From the NCBI GenBank assembly GCA_016793965.1, contig JAEULF010000187.1:1-41987 (forward strand): DNA of 41,987 nt. Direction: 5' to 3'. This document shows, piece after piece, positions 8,336-17,166 of the stretch. Origin of the DNA: Alphaproteobacteria bacterium. GTDB lineage: Bacteria; Pseudomonadota; Alphaproteobacteria; JAEULF01. The notes beneath the pieces were generated by a model. That model ran no database searches. It was not told the origin of the DNA and saw nothing but the letters and a program-made list of their open reading frames with translations. Position numbers and translations under genes: made by a program. Within the stretch, counting starts at the first letter, position 1; each line of letters starts with the position of its first letter.

Positions 8336-8860
8336 CTATCCTCCCCTGCCCGCGCCGGCGCCCGCCGGCACCGTGCGGAAGACGGTCACCCGTCCAGCTC
8401 GGTCGAAGGCAAGGACATCGAAGGGCTCGGCCGGCAAGCCCGGACTCTCCATGCCGGGCGAGCCGACGGGCATGCCGGTCACCGACAGTCCGACGATCGG
8501 CAGCCGTTCGCGCAGCATGCGCTTGATGTCGTCGGCCGGCACATGGCCTTCCACGACGTAGCCGCCGACATGAGCAGTGTGGCAGCTCGCCAGCGCATCC
8601 GGCACGCCGGAGTCCCGCTTGACGGTCGCCATGTCATCGCGAGCAAGCACCGAGACATCGAAGCCGGCGGCCGCAAGATGCTCCGCCCAGGCGCCGCAGC
8701 ATCCGCAACCGGGATCCCGGTACACCCTGACGGCCAGCTGGTCTGCGCCGGCGGCTTTCGGTACCCGCCACGTAGCGGCGGCAATTGCGGCCAGGGCGCC
8801 CGCGAGAACGTGCCGTCGCGATCGTGCGACGCCCGAGCGCAGCCGAGCTGCGGCGGTCAC
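8336..8860 (-). CDS. copG: CopG / DUF411 periplasmic metal-binding protein
   Basis: 174 aa. Tat-like signal (SRRHVLAGALA), the CGCC motif (DPGCGCCGAWAEHL) and the conserved VEGHVPADDIKR and MPVGSPGME segments. Confidence 0.85.
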   Translation of the reverse strand: MTAAARLRSGVARSRRHVLAGALAAIAAATWRVPKAAGADQLAVRVYRDPGCGCCGAWAEHLAAAGFDVSVLARDDMATVKRDSGVPDALASCHTAHVGGYVVEGHVPADDIKRMLRERLPIVGLSVTGMPVGSPGMESPGLPAEPFDVLAFDRAGRVTVFRTVPAGAGAGRGG

Positions 8861-9654
8861 TGAATGCCTCCGCGCATCGGCATCGCCGCGCCGCCCATCG
8901 GCACCATGCCCATGCCGCCGCCCATCTGCATCCCGAGATGCGGCGGCAGCAGTTCCTCCGCGGTCCTCCTCTGCAGGTCCGACAGCGCGGGAAGCAGCGA
9001 CGCGACCGCAGTCTTGATCGCGCGCAGGCCGTCAAGGCGAGCGGCGTACCAGGCCTCCTGCAGGTCCAGCTGCTGATCGAGGCTCGCCGCTCTTGGCGCC
9101 TGGCCGGCCGGCATCATGCGCTGGCGCGTCTCGCCCAGGCGTTTCGCGTTAGCGCGCATGGCCTGGGCCAGCCCGTCCCATGCCTTCGCTTGCGCGTCCG
9201 TGACGTTCAGCTCGGCGCGCAGGAACGCGATGCGCCCCTCGATGCGGTCGATCATGCCCGTGCCGGCCATCGAGTCGCCGTACATGCCCATGCCGCCGCC
9301 CATCATCGGCATCATCATCCCCATCATCGGATATCCGCCACCGGGAGCCATGGCGCTGTACATGCCCATGCCGCCGCCCATCATCGGCATCATCATCCCC
9401 ATCATCGGATATCCGCCACCGGGAGCCATGGCGCCGTGCATGCCCATGCCGCCGCCCATCATCGGCATCATCATCCCCATCATCGGATGGCCGCCACCGG
9501 GAGCCATGGCGCCGGGCACCGCGGGCGCATTCTGGGGAGCTGCAGCGGCTGCTGACGGATGGTGCGGGTCCTGCTGGGTCTGCGCTCCGGCGGGGATCGC
9601 AGCCGCGAACGATGCGGCAAGCGCTGCCGCGGCCAATTTCTTCAAGCGTGTCAT
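8857..9654 (-). CDS. Met-rich periplasmic Spy/CpxP-like (LTxxQ-type) protein with triplicated Met/Gly repeat
   Basis: The internal ATG at 9654 is preceded by AGGAGA. Signal peptide MTRLKKLAAAALAASFAAAIPAGA. Three 26-aa repeats AMAPGGG(H/Y)PMMGMMMPMMGGGMGM. The helical C-terminal half carries LNVTDAQ and a second Met-rich tail. The upstream 335 codons of ORF 8857..10659 are not credible. Confidence 0.75.
   Translation of the reverse strand: MTRLKKLAAAALAASFAAAIPAGAQTQQDPHHPSAAAAAPQNAPAVPGAMAPGGGHPMMGMMMPMMGGGMGMHGAMAPGGGYPMMGMMMPMMGGGMGMYSAMAPGGGYPMMGMMMPMMGGGMGMYGDSMAGTGMIDRIEGRIAFLRAELNVTDAQAKAWDGLAQAMRANAKRLGETRQRMMPAGQAPRAASLDQQLDLQEAWYAARLDGLRAIKTAVASLLPALSDLQRRTAEELLPPHLGMQMGGGMGMVPMGGAAMPMRGGIQ
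9277..9514. repeat. Three tandem 78-bp in-frame repeats inside the Met-rich protein gene
   Basis: Period 78 bp: tacatgccca at 9281 and 9359, tgcatgccca at 9437. Units are nearly identical at the nucleotide level. Confidence 0.9.
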
Positions 9655-9769
9655 GACGATTCTCCTCTTGTTCGAGATGCATTTCCGGCCGGCTTGCCAG
9701 CGCGCTCGCGCGCGGCCTGTTGGATCTGACTCCCGTCCATGGCCGCACGAGCGCACGGGAACCTGCGCG

Positions 9770-10126
9770 TCACCGCAGCAGGCGGCCGGCGACCGCCCCG
9801 CCCCAGCGATGAGACGTGGACTTCGGGGGAGGAAATGGTGGAGCGTCGGCACAGGTCGCGAAAGTTCTCTCGGCCGGTGCCAAGAATTGCGCGCAGGTGC
9901 CAGCGGATGCACAGCCCGCTTCACCTTGCCCGTGCAACGTTCCGTCGGGGTGCCTGTCGCATCCGCCCTGCTCGCCGGCAAGGTCCGGCGGGTATGCATC
10001 CATCGCCACCTTGCCGTGCGCGCCATGGATCGCAGTACCGAGCAGGAGCGAGGCGCAAAGGACCACGCGCAGCCACCACGCCGCACGTGACGCTTTCGAC
10101 TGACCGCATGCATCCGAACGATCCAT
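9770..10126 (-). CDS. Hypothetical small secreted Cys/His-containing protein
   Basis: 118-aa ORF with the SD-like GAGGAAG upstream and a signal-peptide-like N-terminus (AAWWLRVVLCASLLLGTAIHG). It has several Cys and His residues. No family was recognised. Confidence 0.35.
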   Translation of the reverse strand: MDRSDACGQSKASRAAWWLRVVLCASLLLGTAIHGAHGKVAMDAYPPDLAGEQGGCDRHPDGTLHGQGEAGCASAGTCAQFLAPAERTFATCADAPPFPPPKSTSHRWGGAVAGRLLR

Positions 10127-10264
10127 GGCTTCCTCGATACGTCTCGCCGCGGCTCGGCACCATGATCCACCTCAAGTCGGGCCAGATCCGCCGATGCCGG
10201 CTCGCTCGACCGGTCGATGCCAAGCGAGATGAGCGCCGGGTCTGCCCGCAACCCGACCATCGGG

Positions 10265-10705
10265 TTACTCGCGCGAGAGCGACCGCTGTCGCTCGCGAAC
10301 GGTGACCGACCATCGCGACCTGATGAACTCCAGGGCCGAACGGATCTCGCCGTCCGAAAGGACGTCGCCGAATGCTGGCATGTCGGACGCGTAGCCTGCG
10401 GGAGCGAAGTGCCGAACGCCGTACTTGGTGATCTCGAAGAGCTGCCGGTCCGAATGATGCCAGGTGTGGCCTGTCTCGTCGTGCGGCGGAGCGGGCAGCT
10501 TCCCGTCAGGTTTGCGCCGGCGCCAGTCAGCCTGTCCCTCAAGGTTTGCCCCGTGGCAGGACGCGCAGTGCCCGTCGTAAATGACGCGTCCGAGCGTCGC
10601 GTCCGCGTGATCTGGCGCCCGACGCAAATGCCACGCCAGCCAGAGACTGGCGACAACACCGACCGCGACCGCCGCCAAGCCGCCGATCAGAGGCACCTTT
10701 CGCAT
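10265..10705 (-). CDS. Membrane-anchored mono-haem c-type cytochrome
   Basis: Internal ATG (aa 226 of ORF 10265..11380) gives 146 aa. N-terminal TM anchor, then the haem-binding motif CASCH. Confidence 0.75.
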   Translation of the reverse strand: MRKVPLIGGLAAVAVGVVASLWLAWHLRRAPDHADATLGRVIYDGHCASCHGANLEGQADWRRRKPDGKLPAPPHDETGHTWHHSDRQLFEITKYGVRHFAPAGYASDMPAFGDVLSDGEIRSALEFIRSRWSVTVRERQRSLSRE

Positions 10706-10824
10706 GATGACGCATGCTCCCTGCGGCGCTGGAGGAAGCCGGCGCACTTCTCGTCGCGCATGAGCGGCAAGAGTGGCACCCGTCGATTTCGCGGGATTTG
10801 CCGCTCTGTAAAAAAGTATTGCAG

Positions 10825-12180
10825 CTATCCGCGCGCATGCCGCCGCGGCAGCGTGACGATTGCTTGCAGGCCGCCGTCGTCTCGATTCCGGAGCGTGACG
10901 TCGCCGCCATGGTTGCGCAGGATCGTCCGCGCGACCGTCAGGCCAAGCCCGGTCCCGGCTGGATGGCTGCCGCGCGATTCGTCCAGCCGATAGAAGGGCT
11001 GGAACACCGCTTCCAGCTTGTCTTCGGGAATGCCCGGTCCTTCGTCGTCGATCAGTATGCGCACCTGATCGCCCTGCTCGTCGAGCCGAACGCGCACGGT
11101 GCGTCCGTACCGAACGGCGTTGTCCATGAGGTTCGAGAGGGCGCGCTTTAGCGCAAGATGCCGTCCCAAAGCCGGCTCGACGGGCGCGATATCGAGGGAG
11201 ACGGCATGCCCGGCATCGACATGATCGGACTCGAGCGTCTCCAGGATCGCAGCCATGTCGACCAGCCTCTCCGGCTCGGAGTCCATCCCTTCGCGCAGGT
11301 AGCCGAGAGTCCCGTCGATCATCGCCTGCATCTCGTCCAGGTCGACGGTGATCATGCGCCGGAGCTCGTCGCTCTCGCACAGCTCGGCTCGGAAGCGGAG
11401 CCGGTTGATCGGCGTCTTGAGATCGTGGGAGATCGCCGCCAGCGTCTCCGTGCGGTCCTTGACGAGCTTCCTCACCCGCTCCTGCATCTCGTTGAACGCC
11501 CGCGCGGCGTCGCGGATCTCGACCGGGCCGTCCTCCGACAGGGCCGGGCTTTCGACATTCGATCCGAGTCGTCTAGCGGCCTGCGCAAGCTGAGCGAGCG
11601 GCGCAGTGATCAAGCGCACGAGGATGAGCGCCACGACGAGTATGCCGACGGCCATGGCCGTGGCGGAAGCGAACATGCCATGGTCCTGGACCGATCCCGG
11701 TCCCACCAGCGCCGCGCTGAAGTTGACCCAGCTGCCGTCCTCGATCTGGATCGATGCCAGGAGCAGATGCGGCGAAGTCGGCGACGCGGAACCGTCGACG
11801 CCGGGCTCGTCCGCAAAGCCGAGCCTCAAGCGGCCGCGATCCACGAGGTCCAGAGCCAGCTCGCGGATCCGCGCGCGCATCTTTTCGGCCTCGTCGCCCT
11901 CGCGGCCGCTCCGCTGCACCAGGCTGTGCGGGCTCCAATGCGCCTCGACGCTCGCGCTCGACAGGGCATGCGCGATCTTGTCGCGATCGGCTACCTGCCT
12001 CTCGCCAACCGCCCTGGCGATGGACACCAGCCGCTCGGCAAGCTGGGCCTCGCGCGTGCTGCCTATCAGCCTGCCGACGCCGACCTCGTAGATCCAGATG
12101 CTGCACAGGTGCATCAGGCTGAGACCGAGGAGCAGGATCCAGATCGTGCGCCCGGCGAGCGTCCGCGGCAGTAGCTTCAT
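10825..12180 (-). CDS. Two-component sensor histidine kinase (HAMP-HisKA-HATPase)
   Basis: 451 aa. Two TM segments, H-box AAISHDLKTPINRL, N-box LSNLMDNAVRY, G-boxes DDEGPGIP and GTGLGLTV. Confidence 0.9.
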   Translation of the reverse strand: MKLLPRTLAGRTIWILLLGLSLMHLCSIWIYEVGVGRLIGSTREAQLAERLVSIARAVGERQVADRDKIAHALSSASVEAHWSPHSLVQRSGREGDEAEKMRARIRELALDLVDRGRLRLGFADEPGVDGSASPTSPHLLLASIQIEDGSWVNFSAALVGPGSVQDHGMFASATAMAVGILVVALILVRLITAPLAQLAQAARRLGSNVESPALSEDGPVEIRDAARAFNEMQERVRKLVKDRTETLAAISHDLKTPINRLRFRAELCESDELRRMITVDLDEMQAMIDGTLGYLREGMDSEPERLVDMAAILETLESDHVDAGHAVSLDIAPVEPALGRHLALKRALSNLMDNAVRYGRTVRVRLDEQGDQVRILIDDEGPGIPEDKLEAVFQPFYRLDESRGSHPAGTGLGLTVARTILRNHGGDVTLRNRDDGGLQAIVTLPRRHARG

Positions 12181-12959
12181 GTCAGGCGCGCGACGCTCGG
12201 AACGAAGACGTAGCCGGCTCCCCGCACCGTTTTGATCAGCGCGCCGGCATCCCGGTGATGGCTCATCTTCCGCCTGAGCCTACTGACATGCACGTCGATG
12301 CTGCGATCGAGAGCCGAGGCCGTGCGATTGCGAGCAAGATCGAGCAGCTGGTCGCGCGACAAGACCCTTTGGGGGTGCTCGACGAACGCCAGGAGAAGCT
12401 CGAATTCCGCCCCGCTCAGGTCGATGATCACGCCGTCCGGCGACGTCAGCTCCCGTCGCCGCGTGTCCAATCTCCACCCGGCGAACCCGACGACGGACGT
12501 CGACTTGGGCAGCGCCTGCTGCGGCGCCGTCGCCGCGCGCCTGAGCACGGCACGGATGCGCGCGAGCAGCTCTCGCGGGCTGATGGGCTTGGCGAGGTAG
12601 TCGTCGGCGCCGATCTCCAGCCCGACGACCCGATCGGCTTCCTCGCCCTTGGCGGTCACCATGATGATCGGCACCGTCGACTTGCTGCGGACGTCGCGGC
12701 AGATGTCCAGCCCAGAGCGGCCAGGCAACATGATGTCGAGAATGATCAGGTCCACGGTGGAGCGCTCGAGCGTCTCCTGCAGTTCGCGGTACGTCGGCGC
12801 CCCGGTGACGCGATAGCCGTTCTGGCGCAGGAATTTCACGACCAACTGCTGCGTCTCGGAGTCGTCGTCGACCACGACGATATGCGCTTCCGGGTCGAGC
12901 GTCGGAATCGGTCCGCCACGTCCGTCCGTCGTCTCCGGTTCGTCGCTCACGACTGCCAT
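12177..12959 (-). CDS. OmpR/PhoB-family response regulator
   Basis: Internal ATG at 12959 gives 260 aa. Receiver domain (VVVDDD...ILDIMLPG...KP) plus winged-helix output (IDVHVSRLRRK...TVRGAGY). Its stop overlaps the kinase start. Confidence 0.9.
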   Translation of the reverse strand: MAVVSDEPETTDGRGGPIPTLDPEAHIVVVDDDSETQQLVVKFLRQNGYRVTGAPTYRELQETLERSTVDLIILDIMLPGRSGLDICRDVRSKSTVPIIMVTAKGEEADRVVGLEIGADDYLAKPISPRELLARIRAVLRRAATAPQQALPKSTSVVGFAGWRLDTRRRELTSPDGVIIDLSGAEFELLLAFVEHPQRVLSRDQLLDLARNRTASALDRSIDVHVSRLRRKMSHHRDAGALIKTVRGAGYVFVPSVARLT

Positions 12960-13133
12960 CGCCTTCGGCCTGACGTTCCAGAACACTCGATCAATGCCAG
13001 CGCTCCGCCGGCGCAATCTCGGCGTCGCGAGCGACTGCCGCATTCGACGACGGCATGACGTCCCTACTGAACATCCGGCGCGCCGCTGCACGCCAGCTGA
13101 GTCCAGTCAGCGGATTCCCGTGGCGACGCTGGA

Positions 13134-13463
13134 CTAGTTCGCCGGCTCGAACTTCCGCACGACGTACTGACCGTCGATCCGCTCCGGCTGGAAGCGGATC
13201 TTCTGGCCGACCTGCATGCGATCGAGCATAGCAGGCTCGGCCGCCCGGAAGACCATGGTCATCGCCGGCATGTCCAGTTGCGGGATCGGCGCATGCCGCA
13301 ACGTGACCTTGCCTTGATCCTTGTCGATCCGTCGCACCTCGGCGTCGACCATGGCTCCCGCCGGCTGCGCCGGTGGCGCCGCCGTCTGGGCCGAGCTGCG
13401 ATCGGCTACCAGCACGAGACCCGCCAGCACGATTCCGGCCGCAGCAAGCGCTCTGATCTTCAT
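13134..13463 (-). CDS. cusF: CusF-like periplasmic Cu(I)/Ag(I)-binding protein
   Basis: Internal ATG at 13463 gives 109 aa. Signal peptide, then the conserved core GKVTLRHAPIPQLDMPAMTMVF. Confidence 0.8.
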   Translation of the reverse strand: MKIRALAAAGIVLAGLVLVADRSSAQTAAPPAQPAGAMVDAEVRRIDKDQGKVTLRHAPIPQLDMPAMTMVFRAAEPAMLDRMQVGQKIRFQPERIDGQYVVRKFEPAN

Positions 13464-13491
13464 GTTGATGCCTCCCTGATCGGCGCCCGGA

Positions 13492-13983
13492 TCACGGGCG
13501 AACACGCAGCTGGCCGACCATGCCGGCGTCGTAGTGACCCGGCACGAGGCAGGCGAACGTGACCGGGCCGGCCGACGTGAACTGCCAGACAAGCTCGCCT
13601 ACCAGGCCGGGATGCACGGTCACCGCATTCTCGTCCTCGTGCTCCATGTCCGGGAACTTGAGCATGACGTCCGCATGCTCCTTGATCTCCTTCTCGGTCC
13701 CCAGCACCATCTCGTGCTTGATCGTACCGATGTTGCGAACGACGAACCGGACGGTCTCGCCCTTCCTGACGTCGATCCGGTCAGGCACGAAGCGCATGTC
13801 GTCGTTCATCGTCACGGTCACGATCCGCTTGACCAGTTTCGGATCGCCGGGCTTGCCTACCGGCGCACCGTGCGGCGCGCCGGAATGACCGGGTCCCGCT
13901 TGGGCCGGCGCCATCGCCATCCCGATCGCAGCAGCAGCTGCCGTCGCAATCGCGGTAAATCGTACAGAACGCTTCGGCATCAT
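13492..13983 (-). CDS. Cupredoxin (plastocyanin/azurin-like blue-copper) periplasmic protein
   Basis: Internal ATG at 13983 gives 163 aa. Signal peptide, then the type-1 copper ligand pattern ...IKHEMV... and ACLVPGHYDAGM (C-x2-PGH-x4-M). Confidence 0.8.
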   Translation of the reverse strand: MMPKRSVRFTAIATAAAAAIGMAMAPAQAGPGHSGAPHGAPVGKPGDPKLVKRIVTVTMNDDMRFVPDRIDVRKGETVRFVVRNIGTIKHEMVLGTEKEIKEHADVMLKFPDMEHEDENAVTVHPGLVGELVWQFTSAGPVTFACLVPGHYDAGMVGQLRVRP

Positions 13984-14042
13984 CGGCTCCCGTTGTCGCT
14001 GGTGAACTGCACTCGCTGGTGAACCAAGTAGCGCTGCCCGGC

Positions 14043-15389
14043 CTAGCCTCTGCTGGCCAAGCTGCCCGTCCACTCATAGGCCACCGTGCCCGGCGGATGG
14101 CTGTACCAGCCTGGGTCGGTGAAATCGCCGGGCGCAATCCCGTCGCGCACTTTGACGACAGTGAACATGCCGCCCATCTCCAGCGGCCCGAACGGTCCCT
14201 GCCCCGTCATCATGGGCAGCGTGTTTTCGGGGATCGGCATTTCCATCTCCTGCATGTCCGACATCCCGCGCTCACCCATGACCATGTAGTCCGGCATCAG
14301 CTCGACCAGGCGCTTGGCCACGCCGCGATGGTCCACGCCGATCATGGTCGGCACGTCATGGCCCATTGGGTTCATCGTGTGGTGCGACTTGTGGCAATGG
14401 AATGCCCAGTCGCCCGGCTCGTTCGCGACGAACTCGATGCACCGCATGGCGCCGACCGGAATGTCGACAGTCACCTCCGGCCACTGCGCCGCGCGCGGCA
14501 CCCAGCCACCGTCCGTCCCCGACACGACGAAGTCGTAGCCGTGCAGGTGGATAGGATGGTTCGTCATCGTCAGGTTGCCCATGCGGATCCGCACGCGGTC
14601 GCCGCGCCGCACGACCAAATGGTCGATGCCCGGGAATGCGCGGCTGTTCCAGGTCCACAGGTTGAAATCCGTCATCGTCGCCACTGTCGGCGTCCTGGCG
14701 CCGGGCTTGATGTCGTAGGCGTTCACCAGGAAGACGAAGTCCCGATCGACCCGGTTCTGCCGCTGGTCGGCGGGATGAACGACGAGGAAGCCCATCATGC
14801 CCATGGCCATCTGGACCATCTCGTCAGCGTGCGGGTGGTACATGAACGTACCGCTCTTCCGCATCTCGAACTCGTAGACGAACGTCTTGCCGACCGGGAT
14901 TTGCGGTTGGGTCAGGCCGCCGACCCCGTCCATGCCGCAGGGAAGCAGGATGCCGTGCCAGTGGACCGAAGTGTGCTCGGGCAGTTTGTTCGTCACGAAG
15001 ATGCGGACCCGGTCGCCCTCGACGCACTCGATGGTCGGGCCGGGACTCTGGCCGTTGTAGCCCCAAAGGTGCGCCTTCATTCCGGTCGCAACCTCGCGCG
15101 TGACCGGCTCGGCGACCAGGTGGAACTCTTTCCAGCCGTCCCGCATGCGCCAGGGCAACGATCCGCCGTTGAGCGTGACGACGGGATTGTAGGGCCTGCC
15201 ATCCACGGGCATGAGCAGGGGCTGCGTCTTGGCAGAAGACTGCACTGGCGCTTCCGGCAGCGTCGCCGCGCCGGCGCGGCTGACCATCCCGGCGCCAAGC
15301 AATGCGCCCGCCGTTGCCGTCGTCAGAAACTCCCGCCGCGTCACCATCGATCGGTCCCCGCTGCTCGTTGCTGCCGTGAATTCCGTCAA
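14043..15389 (-). CDS. Multicopper oxidase (CopA/PcoA-like), Tat-exported
   Basis: 448 aa. Twin-arginine motif TRREFL. Copper-centre motifs VHWHG, HPHADE, HPIHLHG and FHCHKSHH. Met-rich C-terminal segment. The true start could be the MVTRREFL Met at 15347. Confidence 0.9.
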   Translation of the reverse strand: MTEFTAATSSGDRSMVTRREFLTTATAGALLGAGMVSRAGAATLPEAPVQSSAKTQPLLMPVDGRPYNPVVTLNGGSLPWRMRDGWKEFHLVAEPVTREVATGMKAHLWGYNGQSPGPTIECVEGDRVRIFVTNKLPEHTSVHWHGILLPCGMDGVGGLTQPQIPVGKTFVYEFEMRKSGTFMYHPHADEMVQMAMGMMGFLVVHPADQRQNRVDRDFVFLVNAYDIKPGARTPTVATMTDFNLWTWNSRAFPGIDHLVVRRGDRVRIRMGNLTMTNHPIHLHGYDFVVSGTDGGWVPRAAQWPEVTVDIPVGAMRCIEFVANEPGDWAFHCHKSHHTMNPMGHDVPTMIGVDHRGVAKRLVELMPDYMVMGERGMSDMQEMEMPIPENTLPMMTGQGPFGPLEMGGMFTVVKVRDGIAPGDFTDPGWYSHPPGTVAYEWTGSLASRG

Positions 15390-16831
15390 TGCGCCTTGCC
15401 GCCGCTCGCCGGGACGGCGACCGACATTCCGTCGTCGGCTTCGGCGTCGGCGCCGGCGACGAGGGCCAATCGAAGCTCTGCTTCGGCGACCCAGAAGCCG
15501 CGCATCGCTTCGATCGCGGCTAGGACGCTGGCGACTTGCTCCCTGCTGTCCGACAACAGATCGAACACGCTGACGAGCATGCCGTTGTATCGAAGCAGCA
15601 TCTCATCGGAGATCTGCTTGCGTGCCGGGACCACCTTGTCGCGGTAGTGGCGCGCCACGTCGTATGCCGTGCGGTAGGCCAGGTAGGCCTCGCGCGCCTC
15701 CGAGCGTGCGTCGATTGCCAGCTCCGAGAACCTGTCCGCCTTGCGCATCAGGGAACGCGCCTTCATCTCCGTCCGCGCGAACGCGCGATCGAACAACGGG
15801 ACCCGCACGGCGCGCACGCGCGCCGGGCTGACGATCTCGCCCCTCTCGGTCAGGTAGTCGAACTCATCGATCTCGATGTAGCGCGGCTGCCCTTGCGCCA
15901 GGACCTGCGTCAGCTCGCTGCCTTCCTGATCGATGTCCTTAACCTTCGCGACGATCTCCAGCCGGTGCGCGTGCAGGTCGAGGCGCTGCCTAAGCGCCTC
16001 TCCCTCTACATCGGCGATCTCAAGCGGTCTCGTCGGCAGGTCCAGCAGGCGGTCCGGCAGCGCGAACCCGGCATCGCTCCCCCATAGGCCGAGCAGGCGC
16101 ACCAACCGCTCGCGCGCGGCGACCGCGTTCTGGCGGGCTCGGGCAAGCTGGGCAAAGACCTCGCCGGAGAATGCGTCCTCCCGCAACTCGCTCAGGCGCG
16201 GCAAGTTGCCGATACGGACCATCCTGCGCGTCAGCTCCGCCGACGACTCCGCTGCCGCGCCGACTTGCTCGAAGTACCGAACCGTCTGCTGCGCTGCCAC
16301 CGCCGCGGCATAAGTCTTCCGCACCCGAGCGGCCAGGCGATAGGCCGCCGCCGCCCCGGTGAGCCTAGCGGCCATCGCCTCGCGCAGGCCCGGCTCGCTC
16401 GCGGCGGCGCCGCGCTTGCTGCCGAACGCGGCAACGACAAACGATCTCTCCACGTCGCCAGGCGACTGATCCGTGGAGCGGCTCGCGTTCACTGCGGCGA
16501 CGATCTCGGCCTCACCCAGTCCGGTCTCGAAGTAGAGGGATTGGATGCGCCGGTTCCCAAGTAGCACGACGCGAACGGCATCTTCCATCGCCAGAGGTCT
16601 GACGAGAAGCTCGCGCAACGTGGACTGCAGCAGGCTGCGCTCTCCCGCTGCCGCCGGCGACGGCGCTCCCACGATCGCCGCCTGCGCCAATTGGAGCGGT
16701 GCCGCGGCGTCAGCGACTGCGGTCACCGCGCTCGCACCAATCCCGGCAACTGCGAGAGCAAAGGCGAGTCCGATCGGACAAGACGGGCTGCGATCGTTCA
16801 TGGAACTCCTCCGAGCATGGCCTTGTCTCAC
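15386..16831 (-). CDS. TolC-family outer-membrane efflux protein
   Basis: 481 aa. Signal peptide, then long Ala/Arg/Glu-rich coiled-coil repeats typical of outer-membrane factors. Its stop overlaps the oxidase start. Alternative start at 16801 (MNDRSP). Confidence 0.8.
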   Translation of the reverse strand: MRQGHARRSSMNDRSPSCPIGLAFALAVAGIGASAVTAVADAAAPLQLAQAAIVGAPSPAAAGERSLLQSTLRELLVRPLAMEDAVRVVLLGNRRIQSLYFETGLGEAEIVAAVNASRSTDQSPGDVERSFVVAAFGSKRGAAASEPGLREAMAARLTGAAAAYRLAARVRKTYAAAVAAQQTVRYFEQVGAAAESSAELTRRMVRIGNLPRLSELREDAFSGEVFAQLARARQNAVAARERLVRLLGLWGSDAGFALPDRLLDLPTRPLEIADVEGEALRQRLDLHAHRLEIVAKVKDIDQEGSELTQVLAQGQPRYIEIDEFDYLTERGEIVSPARVRAVRVPLFDRAFARTEMKARSLMRKADRFSELAIDARSEAREAYLAYRTAYDVARHYRDKVVPARKQISDEMLLRYNGMLVSVFDLLSDSREQVASVLAAIEAMRGFWVAEAELRLALVAGADAEADDGMSVAVPASGGKAH

Positions 16832-17166
16832 TTCGTCCCCGATGCCGGCGAGGTGTGACCGGCATGGCCATAGCCCGACGGGGCCGCGGTTCCGCCATCG
16901 CGCAACTGTCCGGCATGACCACCGACCTTGCGCGCTTCGTCATTGGCGTCCGCCCAGGATTCGATCGCTCGCTGGTTCGACCATGTGCCGGCATCGAACG
17001 GGCTTCGGTAGTCAACCGCCGGCGCTCTTGCCGACGACGTCGCTGGGCCGAGGACTTCCGACGGATTGACTATCGTCTGGGCGTGCGAAACGCCGGCGCC
17101 GACAACGGCGACAAGCCACGTGGCTATCGCCAGCACCCGCAAGGTCACGAGCGTCAGTCTGATCAT
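16828..17166 (-). CDS. Small secreted His-containing protein, first gene of the TolC/oxidase operon
   Basis: 112 aa. Clear signal peptide (LVTLRVLAIATWLVAVVGAGVSHA) and the motifs GGHAG and GYGHAGH. Overlaps the TolC-family start. Confidence 0.55.
   Translation of the reverse strand: MIRLTLVTLRVLAIATWLVAVVGAGVSHAQTIVNPSEVLGPATSSARAPAVDYRSPFDAGTWSNQRAIESWADANDEARKVGGHAGQLRDGGTAAPSGYGHAGHTSPASGTK

Noticed and set aside
9277-9514. The possibility that the 78-bp tandem repeats are a CRISPR array or minisatellite outside genes.
   Set aside because: The units are directly adjacent with no spacers. The period is a multiple of three, and they translate in frame into the Met/Gly repeat of a secreted protein.
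9655-10659. The N-terminal 335 codons of the 600-aa ORF 8857..10659 (-), and the N-terminal extensions of ORFs 10265..11380, 12177..13091, 13134..13592, 13492..14073, 30995..32536 and 37617..39263.
   Set aside because: The extensions are Arg/Pro/Ser-rich and not protein-like. They run through intergenic or neighbouring-gene sequence. Internal starts with SD sequences, signal peptides or start/stop coupling give proteins of the expected family length.
14019-15647. A 542-aa plus-strand ORF over the first multicopper oxidase, and the 547-aa ORF 23878..25521 (-) over sco and the second oxidase.
   Set aside because: Both are antisense to well-supported genes. Their translations are His/Arg/Asp-rich without copper-centre spacing or any recognisable domain.
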